From Microthyrium microscopicum (taxonomy: Eukaryota), in contig MU004236.1 of NCBI GenBank assembly GCA_010405405.1, positions 2,300,070-2,364,069 on the forward strand: a stretch of 64,000 bases of DNA, read 5' to 3'. Position 1 is the first letter of the stretch. Every line of letters starts with the position of its first letter. Of the stretch, positions 50,088 to 63,028 are shown one piece after another. A program made the translations under genes and the position numbers. A model generated the notes under the pieces. The model was not told the origin of the DNA. It did no database searches and saw nothing but the letters and a program-made list of their open reading frames with translations.

Positions 50088-50497
50088 ATCTATCTGAGTC
50101 TTGTTGTGTTGGGCTTATCGTGCTTGTTGTCAAGTTGTTGTAGCTCAGATGGCCTCCAGCTCATCCCCTCCAGGCTATTCACGCACGTCTCGTATAAACC
50201 AGGTTAGCAGCGGGATACGAGACAGCTGTGACACAAGATTTTTACTGCCTCCCAGTGATACTGGGTCTTTGTACTTCGAAAGTCGTTGACGATTTTGACA
50301 AATTGAGGGACATTCATAACAGGAAAACATCAGGTCTATGTGGCGGACGACAGCCAAATTTGCTCGGATTATACCTTAAGGAAGTGCCAGCCTGTCTTAC
50401 TAAAAAGAGGAGCTTCAAATCAAAAGTATGCACTGTGATGCTTTAATCTTCCTGGCCTTCTGTGAATTGAGAATCGAAGATAGAGTACCGAAAGGTC

Positions 50498-50696
50498 GAC
50501 AGAATAAATGGCGCGCTCCCATCAACCATGATGTCTCCCATCGCACCCTTCAGTAAGAAATTGCTTAAATTTGTAGCGCATTCGATGGAGAAACGACTCT
50601 ATTTCTTTAGGGGAGAATAAATCATTTGATTCAAAAGCGTAGCAGATGGTAGCCACCGCAGTTGATGGGAGCACTCAGCGCACCATTTATTTTGTC
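50498..50696. repeat. Imperfect inverted repeat (~30-bp arms, ~200-bp span), possible decayed MITE
   Basis: gacagaataaatggcgcgctcccatcaac (50498-50526) versus gttgatgggagc(actcagc)gcaccatttattttgtc (50661-50696). Confidence 0.6.
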
Positions 50697-51068
50697 TTGG
50701 TTCAACAGTTGCCTCGTGGGTATCTAGAAAGTACCTACCTACCTACCCACAAGTTTCATCAGCGCCTTACCAAAGTACTCAGTACTATGCCAAGGTTGCT
50801 ACCATTATTAATGGGACTCCGAAGGACGAATCGGGAGAATGGATTTATAAAAATTTGGAGGCGCTGTGAACTTGTGACGCATGTAATCTACGGGCCACGC
50901 ACCCCGCATTGAATGAGTTCGCTAGGGTTGACGGCATCTAATGCGGCAAGGTATGGGTTCAATTGTGGAGGGCTCTCTGGAGAGCATGGATGGTCTTCCT
51001 TTTTTGTTTCATACTCTTTGGGTCGCGAACACCTCAGATTCTAACTTCATACCACTCCCCATGCTGCC

Positions 51069-53370
51069 ATGGATGAGAAAAGCCCCCCACGAAAGTTAAA
51101 GCGCCCTCGTGCTGCCCAGGCATGTGAGAGATGTCGACTAAAGAAATACAAGTGTGATGAATCGATCCCTTGTTTCCATTGTAAAAGTAATCTATCCAAA
51201 ATACTTGTCACTGGGACTCGCTGCTGACATACTATGCGCAGAGAGTAACCTGGAATGTGTCTATCAGAATGCCAATCGATATCGTGATGATGCCTATGCT
51301 TCACAGTAAGGGTGAAGAAAGTCCAAAGACTAGAAAAGATAAGCTGACTTGCATGGTAGCTATATCCAAACACTGGAGACAAAGGTCCGGGAGCTTACGG
51401 CTCAACTCATGGCAGTCGGGTCACCAGTCTCCCAACATTCCTTGGATCCCGAAAATCGTGTGATATTAACGTCGAATCCGTTACCAAAGAGTTTGATGCC
51501 AGCTGCCGATGGTCAGCAAACCACCAGTAGTCGCCAATCCGTCAGTGATGAGGCGGGAGATACTGCCGCAGAAGTAGAAATCGCAGATGTGAATCGACAC
51601 ACCAATGCCGTCGAGTTCCACGGTAGCACTTCTTCCATGGCCTTTCTTGGATATCTGAAGCGTAGGCAGAGTCATCAAACAGGATATAGTGCTGCCGCAG
51701 AGGCACCGTCGCTTGTCTCTGCTTTACACAATCCTGCATTTTCCCCACAGGCTCACCATCATGGCCCTGAGAAGAGCAGGAATATCTACTCTAAGCAAGC
51801 TCATATTTTCATTGAAGCTTACTTTGAGAACCTGCATTTTGTGCATCCTCTGATAGACAAGGAGCATTTTATGGCTAGAGCGAACAATTTATGGTTTGGA
51901 CATCACAATCCGGAGGATGAGAGCTTCGTACCTCTCTATCTAAGTCTCATGTCACTTGGTGCACTTGTAAGAGTTTGGGACGAAGAAAGACTCGACGGAC
52001 TGACAAGATTTGAATGGAGTCGAAAGCTTTTTGGTGACGCTCAGGCGTACTTGAATGATCTTCGATTTTCCAATGATCTCGACACCGTTCAGTGCTTATA
52101 TTTCATGGTACTTATATCCAAAACAACGATTAACGTCAACTAACGCTTCTCAAGGCAAAAGTATGTCAGAATGAACTAAACCAGCATTTAGCGTATATGT
52201 ATCTCGGCCTGGCCATTCGGACTTGCCTATCAGCCGGATTCAACCGAGAGTCACCAAATCCCAAATGTCATCAATCCGGCACTATTGCGAAAACTTGGTG
52301 GGGAATCTATTCGCTTGAGATTGAGATGAGCTTTTCACTGGGTAGACCTGATACTTTAGGAATGGATGAGTATCACAATCGACGTTTGCCACCAATCGAC
52401 GATTCAGAATACGCCATCATTCCGCTAATGGTACAGTTTGCGCACATCATCCGGAAAGTGACCATTTTGATATATCACAAGAAGTCAAAATGGCAAGAAA
52501 AAGTTAACATCGCATGCCAAATTGAGCAAGACATGGGCCAGTGGGTTGCCACGCTACCAGAGAAGATAAGACCATTCCCCTTGGAAAAGCGGTTTCTTGG
52601 AGCTCTCAAAGAACCCAAGTGGTGTCGACGACAGCGTTTAGTGCTTAATCTTCGTCAGTGTTTGCATCTTTTCCCCAATGATTTAACGCTGACATGATCA
52701 AACTAGGATATCACAATGTTCGAATGCTCTTGTTTCGACCATTTCTGTCATATGTCGCACAGAATCACTCGATAGTAATGCATGAAGCTTTAGAACAGGC
52801 GATAAATAAATGCCTCGACTCGGCGAAGACTACGATCGAGCTGATACATGAGACCTACACCATTCACAGCTTTTTCAGAACTTGGTAAGAGCTATATAGT
52901 CTTCAAACTACCAATTTGCTCACATTTGCAAGGTGGTATAACACGACATATGTCATGTTTGCGGTCTCTGTGCTACTACTATACATTTCAAGAGTTCGAA
53001 CTCCACTCCAAAGCCCTTCCGTCGTCAAGACGATCGAAATGGCAGTGGAGATTCTGGACGCCATGGATGAGTCGGTTGTAGCACGAAAAACTGCCGTGAT
53101 AATCAAAGATAGCCTTCGAGAAGCTATGGAGGCTTCAGCAGAACCTGCTGCTCCAACCTCAACTACTACAAACACCTTGGCCACAAACTCTCAGCTTTAT
53201 GTCGATGAATACTTGGATATGGTAAGCTGCCCTCGGAACATACGACTTTCTCGCCTCTTGCTAAGGATGAATAGAATCTATTTGCCAGTCTGGATTTCCC
53301 GGACTATTCGCTTCAAGACATGGCTAGTTTGTTTGACGAATTCAGTCGAACGCCTCATACTCCTATCTGA
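51069..53370 (+). CDS. Zn(II)2Cys6 transcription factor with a fungal-specific TF middle domain; multi-exon
   Basis: RAAQACERCRLKKYKCDESIPCFHCK/..NLECVY, EFHGSTSS, AYFENLHFVHPLID and KTWWGIYSLEIEMSFSLGRP. Confidence 0.92.
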
Positions 53371-53453
53371 ATATCAAGTCCCGATTGATTCTCCGGATGG
53401 AATCCACTGTGGCAGTTCAAAAGTCACACCACGGCAATGCTCGCGCTACTAAT

Positions 53454-53485
53454 CGGGAGCATGCCGAGGGCGACCGGATTTTCCG
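53454..53485. promoter_or_regulatory. Putative Zn2Cys6 sites upstream of the monooxygenase
   Basis: CGGgagcatgCCG at 53454 and CGGattttCCG at 53475. Confidence 0.45.
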
Positions 53486-53735
53486 AACTTCACCTGTACG
53501 ACCATATTAGGAACACAGTTGCCCTATTCCCTGCACACTCGGAAGAACAGAATTCGCTACTAGTACTCGCTTGATTGCCATCAGCCTGAAAGAGATACCA
53601 GCTTGCAGTGTGTGGCATAGACAACTGCTTGTCTGGATTTGGTAAGAGCCTTTACAATCTGGCCCTACTTCAGCCTCATTTAGTGTTGATGTCACTCATA
53701 TTTCCACTTCAGCAACTCTCCACCACATAATCTCA

Positions 53736-55208
53736 ATGGTAAGCTAAATTCCGCGACATTCTGGAGCTATTTTCGAATGACTGACCGTCTTCAAGGCAAC
53801 GCAACCCGAAAAGCTCAAAATAATCATTGTTGGAGCCGGGCTCAGTGGTCTTGGAACCGCGATATCATGTTCTCTCGCCGGCCATGAAGTCGTGGTCCTA
53901 GAAGCGGCCCCAGAAATCGCCGAGGCAAGTTCTTCATGCCTGTCTATCTAGAAAAGTCACGTTAATAATTTTCGAAATTCTAGGTTGGTGCTGGCCTGCA
54001 AATGACCCCCAATGCCACAAGGTTACTACAACACTGGAATGTATCAAAATCCTTTTGGGCCAAAGGAGCTGAACCAACATCGTTATCAGTTCATCGCTAC
54101 ACTGGCGAACTACTGGCCCATGAAGAATCCTATGATCTGAAAATGCGCCAGCGCTATGGCGCACCCTTCACAGACATGCATCGCGCAGACTTGCAGATAG
54201 CACTACTGGACCGCGCAAAAGAATTGGGGACTCAATTCTTTCTAGGTGAAAAGGTCGAAACCATTGACTTCGCCAAACCTTCTGTCAAGACATCGTCAGG
54301 CAAGACCTACACCGGGGATCTCATCGTCGCTTCCGATGGACTCTGGTCGCGCTGTAGAGAACTAATGCTCGGCAAAAAGGACGAGCCACTGCCTACTGGC
54401 GATTTGGCTTACCGCATCGTCCTCAGTCTTGATGAAATCCAAGATACGGATTTAAGAGAATGGGTAGCCAAACCAACAGTACACTTCTGGATCGGACCAA
54501 ACACACACGCGGTCGGCTATTCGATGCGCGATGGTAAGATGTATAATATCGTACTTCTCTGTCCTGACACATTGCCGGATGGTCTGGCAAAGCAAGCTGG
54601 CTCAGTAGATGAGATTCGCACCTTATTCAAAGGCTGGGATCCAATTCTCACACGCTTCCTTAACCACGTCAAGAAGGGCGTAGATAAGTGGAAGTTGATG
54701 CATTTGGAGCAGATGCCGCACTGGGTGAATGACGAGTCGAATTTGGTCTTCATGGGCGATGCGTGTCATCCAATGCTGCCATATCTTGCGCAAGGCGCCA
54801 ATTCATCGCTTGAGGACGCGGCGGTTTTGGGCGGGTTGTTGGCGAAGTTGACGAACAAGAGACAATTGCCGCGTGTACTACGGCTGTACGAGCGGTTGCG
54901 AAAGGAGCGTGGGGAAGCGATTGTGAGAGAAACGTTCAATCAACGGCGCGACTTTCATAGGGTTGATGGACCGGAGCAAGAGGCGCGAGATCGACAATTC
55001 AAGAGCAAGTTAGGGAAGGATCTGGGTACAGATGCTTTCCCAAGTCGATGGTATGTTATGACAGAGTTGAGATTGACTGGTATGGTGCTAACGCGTGTAT
55101 AGGACGTGTCCGCAGGTTCAGCCGTGGTTGTATGGGTATGATGCGATCAAGGAAGTGGAGGATGCAGTACGCAAGAATCCACTGTTTGATGATGGAACGA
55201 AACTTTAG
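53736..55208 (+). CDS. Group A flavoprotein monooxygenase, salicylate-hydroxylase-like; 3 introns
   Basis: IIVGAGLSG, EIAE/VGAGLQMTPNA, HRADL, VASDGLWS and FMGDACHPMLPYLAQGANSSLEDA. ATG-only first exon; GC-AG intron 53925-53983. Confidence 0.92.
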
Positions 55209-56431
55209 GTTTGTTGATATATTGCATATTCCAAGTTGGTAAAGGCATTGTTTAACCTTTGGATTGGTATAGAGGTTTCGATAGTCGGGCGGATACATTG
55301 TTTGTAGTTCCAAGACTCACTGAATATAGAGTTTTCACGCAATGTTGATCGAATGGTGATTGTCGTAGGCTGCTGACGAAGATATGTTTCAACTTATCTG
55401 CTTCATGATATGGTTCTTACACGCAAGGTTGTCGTTCAGCACAGGGGGAAACAAAACAGCGGAGTTAATGGAGAGGACTGCTTGTGTCTTCAGATTTCCT
55501 GAAACACGTGTCCTCAATACCACGTCTTTTGCAGTATTTTTCCAAGACATCAAGCAAGTGGAAAATGCTTGTCATAAAGTTTTTTAATGCTTGGCTATCG
55601 AGTGCAGGAAAAGAGCGCGTATGTATGCGTTTGCTTTAGGATATAATCTTACCTCGTAGCAAGCGTCCGACGGCAACGTGTTCTGGCATAGTTTGGAACA
55701 AACCTAAAATTTAAAAATCTTGGGAAAGTCGGGATGATGTTGAGCAATAATTGGCGTGACGGATTCAAAACGCGTACAGAAGCATACAATGTGGGGTTGA
55801 GGAGTTGATTGTAACAGCTTGACCTAGAAAGTGCGGCATAGGGCATGAAAGCTCAATAATACGGAGTATGATCTCAAAGGTAAAGTGTCAGACAGCGTAA
55901 AGTCAGCGGCTGGAGGCATTCAGTTATGTTGAACCAAAAGTTTTTGTTGATGTTGACGAAGATGGTGTCGAGTCGAGCAGAGACTCCAGAGAGGAATGGC
56001 AGTTGATCTTGGTACTCTAGATCAGTCTAGCCTGATTCAGAGGTGACCCTAGCAAGCTGTTTGCCAATAACATCACGAGAAAGACACCTTGAGGGCGTGA
56101 CTAATCACGTCATCGCGCATAACAGTCCAGACTGGGCAACTGCAAGTGGGCAAACCCCAGCCTTTCCCATTTTTGGCGTAGTCATACACAGCAACTTGCA
56201 AGGTCCCGCCGCGCCCACCTTTGCTGCCAGGCACCACCAGGAACCACATCAATCTCCACCTGCTATCTCGCCTACTTTCCACGCGATATCTACTAATAAA
56301 CAACTACTCAAAACACAAGTGCGGCACATACCGCTTGCTGTGCCCTTCGTTTTTTCCCTGCAACCTGCGCAGCTCAGATATCTACATCCGCCCAGAGCGA
56401 CTATGCGCCGCGTTGCGCGTTTGCATTCCTG

Positions 56432-58933
56432 ATGACATGTTGCTGTGATACGGCGTGTTCCAGCACATGTCCAGCATTCCAACAGCGTCAGAAACTGCAC
56501 GATTTGGAGGACAAGAATACGCTTGCCGGAGAACTGGGCCAGGTACGTACCCTCCTCTCATGAGTTATACAAGAGCCGCCACTGCTCAGATCTGCCTTTT
56601 GCGCCTGCCATATATGCACATATCAAGTTATCATTATGTTGTCGCTTCTGCCTCAGCCTGTCCCAGCGCCCTTACTCTTGCCAGAGTATGGTGCAATGGA
56701 CGATCCGAGTCATTTCCCCAACTCCAACTCTTCATTTCTGGATCAGATGGCTCGCACCACCTCACAGTCGCTAACCTTTATGCTTCAGGCTTTGCTGGCG
56801 CGCCATGAGAATTACGTTGCTGAAGCTGAGAAAGAACGCCGTCGCATGATGGACACTATCCAATCACTAGAGGAGAAGAATTCGCAGCTAGAGGACACCA
56901 ATAAACGAACTATCCAGGAGAATCGCGACCTTCTCGATCAACTTGAATCACTGAATGGCGCAGTTAAGGACTCGGAGGCCAAAGTTCAATCGCTGAGTGA
57001 CGTTTTGCACTCTACCGAGTATGAGTTGGAGCGCATGAATGGATTGGCAAGTCGGACAGAACAGTTGCATCAGTCGTTGGCACAGTTGGAGGATGATCTT
57101 GCTGCTTCCAATTCAGCGGTCGTGTCGACTAGAGACGAGCACAAGGCAGCCACCTTACGCTGGCAGAGAGCGGAGAGAACTATCACGGAACTACAAAGGG
57201 AGATTGAACAGATTGAAGTTGAGGCAAAGATAGAACGAGAAAGACATGCCGATGTTTGTGCCACTAGCCGGGGCGATCACAAAGATGCTAACGATATACA
57301 GGTTCTTTCTCGGATGGAAAGAAGAAGAGCGGTGGAAAATCAGCTACTTCAAAATCGACCCTGGAAACGCACCGAAGATAGTGAAAACGGCGTGGTTTCT
57401 CACTTCGTCAAAGATATTCTGCAGGACAATGCCAACTTACAACTCGGTATCATGGAGCTTCGAGACATGCTCCAAAGATCCAATGACGAAGTGGAGCAAC
57501 TGAGGGATCAAGTTCTACTCTCGCCATCTCTAAACGAAGCTCCTGATCCATCAGGTGCCCAAACGCCAACCCTGGGCTCAGAACTGGGTGGAACAACGAG
57601 AGAGTTGCATGTGCATCATCACTACCATCCGCCAGCAAAGACAGAGACTAGAAAGCCTCGAGCGCCGGCTCTCCGCAGAAAAGGCAAGCAGCGGCCCAGT
57701 GTATCACATACACCTCGATCTTCGATTTCACTGGGCCCGTCCACTCCATCATCATCTTCAGCAATCCTCAACAACACATCTGTAACAATTCCGACAAATC
57801 GGAATTCGAAGCGATGGTCTACGCAGTCGCACCAAACTGGCTTTACTAGTTCCTCATCACTCCCAAGCTCACCATACACCGACTCAATATTTGACCGAGC
57901 ATTTCCTGATACAGCTACGGATATCTCTCGACCTTCAAGTCCAGACAGTCTTAGCCTCTCGCCGCGAAATTCAAGCGGCTTTGGTGGCTATGACATGTCG
58001 AAACGAAGCTCGATTGAAAACACGATTTCCAATCCTCTCATTGAGCCTCTGCGACGGTCCATATCAGAAAATTCTGCTTCTTTCTCGCAGAAAGCAGAAA
58101 GTCCGTCCCGGGAATCTATCCATGAATTACCTACAACTCATTCTATTATCCTTGAAGAAAACGAAGATTTGGACTCTTTGTCACATTCGCCTGCAAAGAA
58201 ATCTCAACAACCATCTAATACTCAACCTATACAAATACACTCACCCATTCGACCTACCCTTAGACGTGCAGCATCGCACGAATCCCTAATATCAATCCAT
58301 GGCATGGATATACATACACTCAACACCCGCCCTTCCCAGCTGTTGCTAGGAAAATATGTCGCAGCTCCAACTACTTCTGCAAGTCAGATCGGCCTATCCG
58401 ACGCGAATGCACTTGCAGTACGCTCTTCACCCAGAGATCCACATCCAGTTCGATCAAGCAGTCAGTCCTACCTAAGCAGTATCGCTGCTGTGCAAAACAC
58501 CCGGACTCTTGCCCGGAAAGAAAGCAAATCCTCTATTGGCCGCGTAGGAGGATGGATGTTTGGCAAATGGAGTGTTGGCATTGGCGGCAGCGCTGCAACC
58601 AAAGACTCCTCTCCAGTACCCGCCCCTGCTCTCTCAATCACGAACGACACTGGAAGACCTGCTTCAATTGATCACCAGTCCAACGACTCGGCTAGCATCA
58701 AGTCCAACACCACCACATCTACCACAGATCATCCAGGCGGCCAATCCATACCGTCTCGGTCCACCCCATCCCGCTCACTGGCAGCGTCACCTCGCAAGAT
58801 GTTTATGCGTAGCCCAGGTATCAATCAATCAGGTCCGATTGGCTGGCTCCCGCCACCTCGCAGGCTTGATCCTATGCCAGTTATGCGTACTTTAGATATG
58901 GAGGCTTTACAAGAAGGACTGGAGGATGGATGA
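56432..58933 (+). CDS. Coiled-coil protein (~735 aa) with an N-terminal Cys cluster, CC1-box-like and Spindly-like motifs and a long Ser-rich tail
   Basis: Exon 1 (56432-56542, MTCCCDTACSSTC...LAGELGQ) joins ALLARHENYVAEAE via intron 56543-56788 (GTACGT...GCTAAC...CAG). Second intron 57254-57301. Heptad-rich region follows. Confidence 0.8.
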
Positions 58934-59370
58934 ACACTGGCTACTTGGCTTCATTTCACTTTCTTATGTCAATCATGGGTGGCTTTGCATTTTCCTCCAG
59001 CTGGAGTTGGACATTTTGATACCCCTTGTTTTACGCCAATAACCATCTTTTTCTTTGAATAGTTTTACAATATCAATGCTATTTATAGTCATAATCCTGA
59101 ATCTTGTGCTGTTCCACTTTGCCAGTATCTTATAACTCTAGTAGAGTGAAAGTCGTGTATCGAGCTGCGATTTATCTTTTGGCTCACCTGTGTCAGCAGA
59201 CGTACCAAAACCATTTCGACCGAATAGACAGTTGCAAATGAACGTTGTAAGGAGTCCAATATCAGGCTGAGGAGAGAGACGCTAAGCTCTAAATAGAAGA
59301 CTGAGAGCAAAAGTCACGTGTGGAGCGCTTACCTAAGCGATTCCGCACATCACTTTTCCCACTCTCGTAG

Positions 59371-60033
<663 letters not shown>

Positions 60034-60187
60034 TAGTTCGATTAGAGGACCCGAATTGACGACTTTTGCATCCTATATTCCCTGTCTGACTTTGCAGCTG
60101 CGATTGATACTCTAGTTTATTGTCGATCTAACTGGAGGATGCTAATATTGCCACAGCTCAGTTACTCGCAAAAACCCGAAGACTGGT

Positions 60188-61883
60188 TTAGAATTCCTCC
60201 GACATATCATCACTGTCTATGTCATCACTATCTACAACAATTGTTTTTCGCTTTGTTCGCATCAGTTTCCGAAGTCTGGTCTCAAGAGCACAAACCAAGG
60301 CAATCAAATCTTCCATATCCAACGCCAAAGGCTCCGCCACCGCCTGGTAGAACGCCTTTGCTACGCCATCCAGATTATCCACATGAGTAATTCGCAAATA
60401 CTCCGCACCCGGTCGATGATGACCAGCCGGGAGCTTCTTTTGCGCCTTTTTAACCTTCAAACCAGCCTGCACCTCCTTGAGCCTTTTCAGCTGCGCCTCC
60501 CGAACCTCCACCTCATCTACCTCCACCAGCTTCCTCGGCTTCTCCTCGATAGGGAACATCTCAAATATAGCCTGCTGATGCTCATCTTTCTTCGACATTG
60601 CATACAACTCATCTGGCCGAGCATATGTATCAGCAAACCAATCCATGTACTGATCCAGCCTTTCCTCCGAGAGATATAGCACGTCCTTTTCCGTCATATC
60701 GATAGCTTCTGCGTGGGTCATGACTCGCTGGTTTGCGCGCGCCTCATTGCGCTTCTTGCGGCTTTTATGCCACGCTTCCCAATCTAGTGTTGCCATAGCT
60801 GGCTCGGCATTGGTCTCAGGCACCACGAGTTTTGCGTCAAATGGGAATATTAATTTTGTGGCGATAACGACTAGCGCGGCAAGTTGCTGCTCTGGTACGT
60901 CTTTCCGCCATTCTCGTCGTGAGCGTTCAGGGAAGTGAAAGTCAAACTCTAGTAGTGCGGCCAGATGTTTGACGGCTGGGTATATCTCTAGTGGCAAGGC
61001 GACGTCTTGGATAATTCGATATAGACACAGTGGGACATTGAGCGCGGGTAATTCGAGACCTATTTCTTCCTTGTAGGCAGCGAATAGTAGGGCGGTTTTC
61101 TCCTGTATTCTTGTTGCGCTGATGGCGCCAGGTGGGCGCAGCAGGTTGAGTGATTGGGGTGATATTCGATCTCGCATGTCTTGGGGAAGATAGGCGGGTG
61201 CGTTTACAAAAAGGAGTTGTTCGCTGCCTGCCCAGCGTACTAGGTCGCCGAGAAGGACTGGTATGCGGAGGATGAATGCTGCTAGGTAGCAGAGAGAGAT
61301 CGTCTCGTCGATGGTGGGTGGTTGGTTGAACTTTAGTTTCTTAAGAGAAATGTCTTGTTCTGCGTCGAGTTGTGTGTTGAATATTTCTTGCGCTGTGCTG
61401 TCGAACTTGAATGTGAGGGCGTTGAGGCGCTGCTCCCATAATGCGCAGAGCAATTCCTGAACCATGTCAGCGCGTCAGTACATAGACTCTCTAAGTTGAA
61501 AGATACCTCAAATTCGGCGGGAAATTTCTGCTCTTGACATAACCACCAGCTTTGTTTGCGTAGAATCCATTGATGACATAAAAGCATCAAGTTTATCTGG
61601 TCGTGGCCAACGAGAACTGTAGCTTGTCAGTTGTCGTGAACTGCCAGAGCTTGTGAGTGTAATTACTATTGGATTTCTTCTTCTCTCGTTTCTCTTTCTT
61701 CTTTCTAGTTGTCGTTCCTAGTAGATGGTATTCTTCGATTTCATCTCCGGATCCAGTATCTCCTATGAATCGCTGTTTTGTGTGGCCGTATTCGCAGGTT
61801 TGACTGCCATCGTTGTTTGACCTCCAGAGCGAGGAGTCACAATTCTCGATGCCACAGACGTCGCCTTCAACGAGAACATCCAT
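60188..61883 (-). CDS. RRN7: RNA polymerase I core factor subunit Rrn7/TAF1B; 2 introns
   Basis: N-terminal zinc ribbon CGIENC...CEYGH, then ILRKQSWWL, TISLCYLAAFILRIPVLLGDL, LPLEIYPAV and LVVIATKLIFPFD. Confidence 0.82.
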
Positions 61884-62083
61884 GCCCACAATATAGTCTG
61901 AAAGTGCTCACAGTTCAGTAAAGAGTTGAGGTTGTGGTTGAAAAGTCGAAGGAATTGGCTGGTGAGGTTGAAGAGTGTTGGCCAATCAGGTCGTGGGCAT
62001 TTCAACGACATGGCGACTCCTGAAGCCTCCGTAAGCACAGCATCAGAGCTGTTCCCCTCCATTTTGAGTTCCGACATTCTACA

Positions 62084-63028
62084 ATGGGCAGCCTAGAGGT
62101 TGTAGTGACACTAGCTCTGGCTTTGTTAGGCTATATACTGTCCGAACACTTCCTACCAAAGCATGATCCAAGAGAACCTCCACTGGTGAAGTCGGTGATC
62201 AAGGTGCCTTTCATAGGCCACCTCCTTGGTATGCTGAGGTATGGCCATCGATATTACGCAAAAGCAGGGTACGTAAGGTCTTTCGGTCAAGAGTGGCTGC
62301 TAAATTTTATCAGCGGTGAAGACCCACCGCCAATATTCACGATAGACATGTTGTTGACGAAGACAAATATTGTCACAACATTGAAGCTCATGCAGTCGGT
62401 TCAACGAAATAGCAAAACACTCTCATTTGATCCTTTATTGACCTCTACTGCCGAACGAGTGATTGGAGTTCGCGGAGAAGGACTGAAAATACTGAAAGAA
62501 AAGGCCATTGGAGGCCATGGCGTCAAGTTGGTCTCCTAAAGTTGTACTTTATGGCAAGGCTAATATGGACGGTGTAGCGCCTCGATGGTTCAAGCTATGC
62601 TTCCGACACTTCTAGGGGATGGACTTGACAAAATGAACAAGACCATGATTGCTTTTGTTAAGCTTTCCATTGATGACTTGGTAAACGAACACGAGCCATT
62701 CGACTTGTATGCTTGGATTCGCCATGCCGTAACAATCGCAAGTACAGATGCAGTCTACGGCTCTCAAAATCCGTACCGGGATCCTGAGATCGAGCAAGCA
62801 TTCTGGTTAGTCAACATGCGTATTCGAGGCATTATCTGTTAAAGTGATTGACTTTACTACAGGGATTGGGACACAAATATCGTAGCGCTTATGCCGAACA
62901 TCCTGCAATCCATCATTGCCAGAAAGCCTCTACTTGCTCGCGAGAAAATTGTCGAACGCATGAAAATATATTTCAAATCTGGTGTTCCTGCGGATGCCTC
63001 TGAAATGACTAAATCGAGATGGAAGTAA
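62084..63028 (+). pseudogene. Cytochrome P450 (CYP7/prostacyclin-synthase-like fungal type), N-terminal half only
   Basis: TM anchor, DPREPPLV..VPFIGHLLGM, VQRNSKTLSFDP and IRHAVTIASTDAVYGSQNPY. The frame ends at SRWK-TAA just before the RIP block; no I-helix, ExxR or heme-Cys motif in the window. Confidence 0.8.

Noticed and set aside
45953..55208. Secondary-metabolite biosynthetic cluster
   Set aside because: There is no PKS, NRPS, terpene synthase or prenyltransferase in the window; the enzyme set fits degradation better.
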